From Raillietiella orientalis (lineage: Eukaryota), in contig JAYWIR010000006.1 of assembly GCA_036172245.1 (NCBI GenBank), positions 1,736,001 through 1,800,000 on the forward strand: DNA of 64,000 nt, given 5' to 3'. Within the stretch, counting starts at the first letter, position 1. Each line of letters begins with the position of its first letter. A program made the translations under genes and the position numbers. Below are positions 59,133 through 64,000 of the stretch, piece by piece. The notes beneath the pieces are model-generated. The model saw only the letters and a program-made list of their open reading frames with translations, made no database searches and was not told the origin of the DNA.

Positions 59133-62100
59133 ATGGCCGAGGCCGAGGCCTACAAGGCCTACGGATACAACCCTACCCTACTCTGCAAGGTAGGCAGGGT
59201 TTTCGATGATCGCACTGTGCGTTCCTTCGAAAAGGAGCTGTGCAGATTGAACGTGTGGAAGACCTGACCGAGGCTCAAGATCAGAAGCGGGGGTCAGCAT
59301 GTAGAGCTGACCTGCAAGGAGGCGGGTCTAGCACAAAGACTGCTTTGACACAAAGACATTTTGTACAAAAACAACAACAACAAAAACCCGCTGTGATCAA
59401 GACGGTTGAGAACCCTTGTGAAGATCGAAGACCGCCAGGTCTTTCCCGTTCCGGTGGACGACTCCATTGTGATCCACCTAAGGAGCATTACCGTACGGAT
59501 GCCACCGAGCACCGTACGGGAAGAACTCCAAAAATTCGGCATCGTCCAGGCGCTATGGACAAAGGCCAACAGATTCCTTACGGGATCATTAGTGGACTCG
59601 CCGCGGTGCGCATCACGGTGGCAAAGGACGTAGAGTTTCCCCATAAACTGGTGGTCGGTGGAGAACCCATTGATCTCTGGTACTTCGGGAAGCCCAAGTA
59701 CTGAGGCAATCGCAAAACCACGGGGCACTTCAGAAAAAGATGCCCCAACATCCCATATGCCAGTGCGCAAGTGCGACACACATCGAAGTGTGTCCAAAAA
59801 AGGTTCCGCGCGATTCGGCTGCTACGAGCAGCAAAACAAGCGCGGACGCGGAAAAACCTGGCAAATCCAGGTCAAAGAACGATAGAAAGGCTGACCCAAA
59901 GCTAGCCGAAAAGGCTATGTCGACCACTTCGCCTGTGGAAACGCAAGTGAAAAGAGTGGGACCTGGATGGCAAATGGTCAGCTACAAAAATAAAAATAAG
60001 AACAAAAATAAATCGACCTCCAAAGAAACCGCGAAAAACGCAATTTCAGAATGTAAAAAATGCCCTCTTAACCTGCAGTGCATTCCATCGCCAAGAAGCC
60101 CTGCAAAATGGACGTTGCCCTGTGCAGAAACACCGACAGCTCTGCGATAGTGAAAACAGTCAGCGAGAGTTGCGGTGAGGGGGAGAGCCGTGAGAGGCGG
60201 ACTTCTCCAAAGCGACAAAGGAGCTGGCCGCCATGCTATGGTAGTCTGCCAAGGCATCCAAGAAGGCCGACAGACGTCCCCAGGAAGGGGTCCGAGACCT
60301 CGGACTCCGACCCAGTGGTCGAAGCTCACCATCCGCGTCTCCACCCCCGCAGAAGTCTTGACGGAATTTCAGGAATCCCAGGTAGATCGACTCTTCCGAG
60401 GAAGGGGAATCCTCAGGAAAAGAGGGTGCGGCAAACGTGGGAGCTCAGGACTCGTCTCCTGACACTCTCCCACTCTCGGACGCTATGGAGCCTATGGAAG
60501 CAGAGAGTCTCTGAGGTGCTCCCAGCCGCAGGGTCCCCAAGCAGCACCCCGCTCGAACCGGAGGTGGGAACCGCAGCATCACTTTCCCAGCAGTAATGCC
60601 GGAACTCGCCACCTGCCTTCGACTACGCGTTGCTAGCTGGAACGTTAGCGGGCTACGCGACGACGGACGCAGGAGACGAGACGCAGCTGCCGCCCTGCAA
60701 CCCTTCGACCTCGTGCTCCCGCAGGACATCCACCAGATCTCGGCAGAAGACGCGTGAGAGATCGAAAGGATAGTGGGCGGTGAGCTCGCTATCCTTTCGC
60801 TTCTCGACCTTTTGGCTAATATCAAGTGTAGGCGGTCAGCTCCTGTGGCGTTGCGGCTTCCGTAGGTCGTGCAGGGTAGCCTTCCTGCTCAAGCCTGCCC
60901 TGCAACGCGCGGTGCGGAAAGTCCGTTTTGATGAGACGAGTCGGGTCGGTCAAATCATTTTCAGGTGGACCCACTCGATCGACCTCGCTGCTACGAATGT
61001 GTACGCACCGAGCGGTGGCTGTGCGCGCACGGCACGGAGAACATTCTTCCGTGCTCTAAAGCGCAACTGGCTGGTGGAGGCAGGCGCTCTCAAGGTGCAA
61101 CTGATAGCCGATGATTTCAACATCCAACTCTTCGCCTCCTGCGCCATCTTCTTCCTCGTCCTGCAGAGGTACTGCAGGACGAGGTGAAGTTTTCCACCCT
61201 GGCCGCCACGTTCCTCGCCGCAGCGCTGTATGTCCTCAGGGCAAGAGACGACAGCTGCCTGCCGGCGAGGTGGGAGGTTTCCTGCATTATAGCAGGAAAA
61301 ACAAAACTCCTGGGCACCTGGAAGACGAGCGAGTTGGCGGACGCCGCCACTCCTCGTGCTGTGGCGAAGGGACTCCTTCGGTGGGGAGAGGAACTTGGCG
61401 TTACTCCCGAAGAACTAGTGGTCCCACCCCATTGTATTGACAGTTCGCTGCTCCCCCTTGCTTGGAAACAAGGCGTACTGCTCTTCCTTCACTGAGTGAC
61501 GAACGATGGCATCGTGTTTCCGGAAGGGTTGCGTCCGCGAACTGTGCAAATTGCGGGGCGACGGAGTCGATCTCGCATCTACTTCTGGACTGCGGTGTCC
61601 TCCGAGAACTCTGGAGAAGGCTGGCACTCTCGCATCAGGAGATTACCGCAAGAGACTTGCTGCGATGATTCTTCGCGCCTAGAGGGCTGTCGACAAGCTC
61701 AATGATTGCAACCATGGGTTGCATCCGCGTCATCGTTTCGGCCCGACAGACACCAGTGACCAACGGACAGCGAAAAACGGTCGTCGGAAAGGCAGCCTCC
61801 TACATCGGGGTGGCTGTCAGATGGCCTCATCTGACAGAAGAAGCTAGAAGGGAGATCACCGACATCTACCGCCGGTTTACTGACGGTCTGCAGCGGCGAA
61901 CACGGTGATCCTTCCCCTATCTCCCTATATTTATTTGTTTAAAGTTTTTTTTTTGAGTTTGAGTTCCCTTAGGCTCCGTAGTTTTCTTGGTGCTTTTTCT
62001 CTTTATCCCGGTGAGTACGGAGCCTCAGTAAAGACCCGTTCCCCTTCCCTCCCGTTTTTGTTTTTGTTATCCCCTTGTTCCTCTCCCGTTGCGAACTGTT

Positions 62101-62210
62101 TGTTCTCCCGACCTGCGTGCCGGTGGCTTCTCTTTTTCTTCTGTTGTGTTGGTTGAGGACTTTGTCCCGACCTGTTGTAAATAAACGCCCCGGCGTGACC
62201 GGGTGATAAA
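59133..62210 (+). mobile_element. Degenerate L1/Tx1-like non-LTR retrotransposon, internally deleted (ORF1 + start of APE endonuclease + ORF2 C-terminus, no RT)
   Basis: ORF1 remnants include RRM-like VREELQKFGIV...VRITV...FPHKLVVGGEPIDLWYFGKPKY and a decayed zinc knuckle ..TTGHFRKRCP. ORF2 starts at 60596 with LRVASWNVSGLR...FDLVLPQDIH, then NVYAPS and IADDFN (APE motifs). At ~61125 it jumps to the C-terminal region with CANCGATESISHLLLDC (zf-RVT). T-rich 3' UTR; AATAAA plus hairpin at 62180-62203. Confidence 0.85.
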
Positions 62211-62214
62211 TTTC

Positions 62215-64000
62215 AACATCCGGCGAAGTTAAAATGGGCTCCCCGCGGAATTTTACCAGTGCTTTGCGGAGGAGCTCTTCCCCCTCCTGCTGAGACTCTC
62301 GGCGCTGATGAAGTTTGAACCTGGTCAAAAACAAACCACAAACTTGAAGGGATATGTATCCTTTCAGGACACAAGAAACGCCCACACAAAAAGTTAAACC
62401 GGGAAAACCACCGGCACACAGGCCGGCTTCAAAATAGAAGGGAACGGAGGGAGGGGACACAAAATCAACAAAAAAACGAGGGAGCGTGGGGACAGGGATC
62501 TTTGGTTTCAAACGTTCCTCTTCGTCTAGAAGTTCCTCTTGACGATGGTGACTTCTCTGGCGACTTCTCTGGATAGATGAGGCCACCTCGAGGCTGCCTC
62601 CATTAGGTTGGCGGCTATACTAGTGGTGCCCTCTTGCTGCAAACTTACTTGGAGCTCACGGTGGGCCGTCACGATGGCGCGGGTGGAACAGATTGTTCCT
62701 ATCACAGCGCCTTTCTTCAGTCTGCCTTCGCTGAAGAAGTGTTGCAGCAGGTTGATGGCCGTGTCCTGGGGACGACGAAGTGCCGAAGCAAGTCTTCGCC
62801 ATAACTCCCGCAAAACACTGCAGTCCAGAAGTAGGTGCGGAAGCGATTCCAGCACCCCGCACCTGAGACAGTTTGGGGAAGCAACTCCTCTGGAAAACAG
62901 GTGTGTGCGCTGATTGCACTGGAAGCCCCAGTGCAGGAATAGCAGAGCATCCTGTTTCCAACGAAGCGGGAACACCGAGGTGTCCACGCACAGAACACGA
63001 GTTATTCGGGGGGTACACCAAGAAGTTCACTCCACCGAAGGAGTCCCTTTGCCCGGTGACGACTAGTGGCAGCATCCACCAACTCTCTCGTTTTGCAGCC
63101 GCTCAGGAGTTTTTCGACGCCTGCAATGCTGCAGGAGAACTCCCACCCTGCCGGTTGGCTACTGTTGTTGTTTGCCCTGAGGGCAGACAGTGCTGCGGCC
63201 AGGGGTGAGACGGCTACTCGGGATCAAAGAGACCAGCCCTGCAGGATAACTCCAAGCAGTTTGCGTAGGAGACCCTGTAGAGGTCGCAGTTGCTCTGAAC
63301 GCACTTCCAAGATGGTAGTCTAGTGCTTCAGAGCTTCATGCCGCCAGGCATCCCAATTCGTGAGGCGGCAGGAAATCCAGGGATGGGCTAACAACAACGA
63401 GGTCAGATGCCTCAGAGGATAGCCAAATCCAGTCCTCCGGCGTAGGTTGCTTGGCAGTAACGAAAGAAGTCCTGCACTGCCGACGCATCGCTGGAGGATA
63501 TGGAGAGCCGGAGCACACCAGTGGGAAGACCACAATTTCCCACATAGGGAGAGAAGTCGGAACTTCACCTGCAGTCCAATCTTCTCGATGGTCAGGATGC
63601 TCAAGGCAGCGTCCTGGCGTGGCGCCACCAAATCTTTGAGGCGAATCCGGGATTGTACAGCACCCCACAAGGCTTTACGGAGGAGATGCTGCTCCCGGAG
63701 TTTCACCAAATAGGGGGGCGGGGCAAACGAATAACAGGGAGCTGAGGAGGGGGGCAAGAAAAGCGTCCTAGATGCACGCTCTTTCCGGCAAGACAAACTC
63801 GCCGTCAAGGAACGGGCCGAGAGCCATCTCTGCCTTTTGAAGGCAGGCTGACCACGCTTCTGACGAGCAGAAGTCGCCCAACGGAACGCAAGGTACTTGA
63901 AGTACTTGCCCGTGGGGATCCTCAGGCGGATCTAGTCGGCCTGCCCCTCCCACGACGCACCCACCGGTACGACGGCGCACTTCGCCCTGTTGACGCTCAT
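62215..64000 (-). mobile_element. L1/Tx1-like ORF2 3' part (end of RT/thumb to zf-RVT), runs off window edge
   Basis: Frameshifted FKYL..VPLG near 63900, RIRLKDLVAPRQDAALSI (post-RT motif), and WKQDALLFLHWGFQCNQR...CLRCGVLESLPHLLLDC. Confidence 0.85.

Overview
Eukaryotic (metazoan, probably arthropod-like) genomic DNA. Three spliced protein-coding genes can be reconstructed by hand. (1) The 3' part of an AMPK/SNF1-related (HUNK/MARK-like) Ser/Thr kinase on + (4140-11966; its 5' exons were not found). (2) A convergent Ajuba/LIMD1/WTIP-family triple-LIM gene on - (12106-14420). (3) LSM14/trailer hitch on - (33655-37388). The genes combine ultra-short introns (38-56 nt, plus one GC-AG intron) with kb-sized introns. 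Much of the remainder is decayed mobile DNA: at least nine fragments of an L1/Tx1-like non-LTR retrotransposon family that share a 3' AATAAA plus CCCGG-N5-CCGGG hairpin; at least six copies of an apparently multi-tRNA-headed SINE-like element with a modular body; one Tigger/pogo-type MITE; and microsatellites. The best leads are the SINE family, the RT-less ORF1+3'-end LINE derivatives (one with a TAATG stop-start overlap) and the mini-intron architecture. All alignments and counts were done by eye; TE boundaries are approximate and no database search was run.
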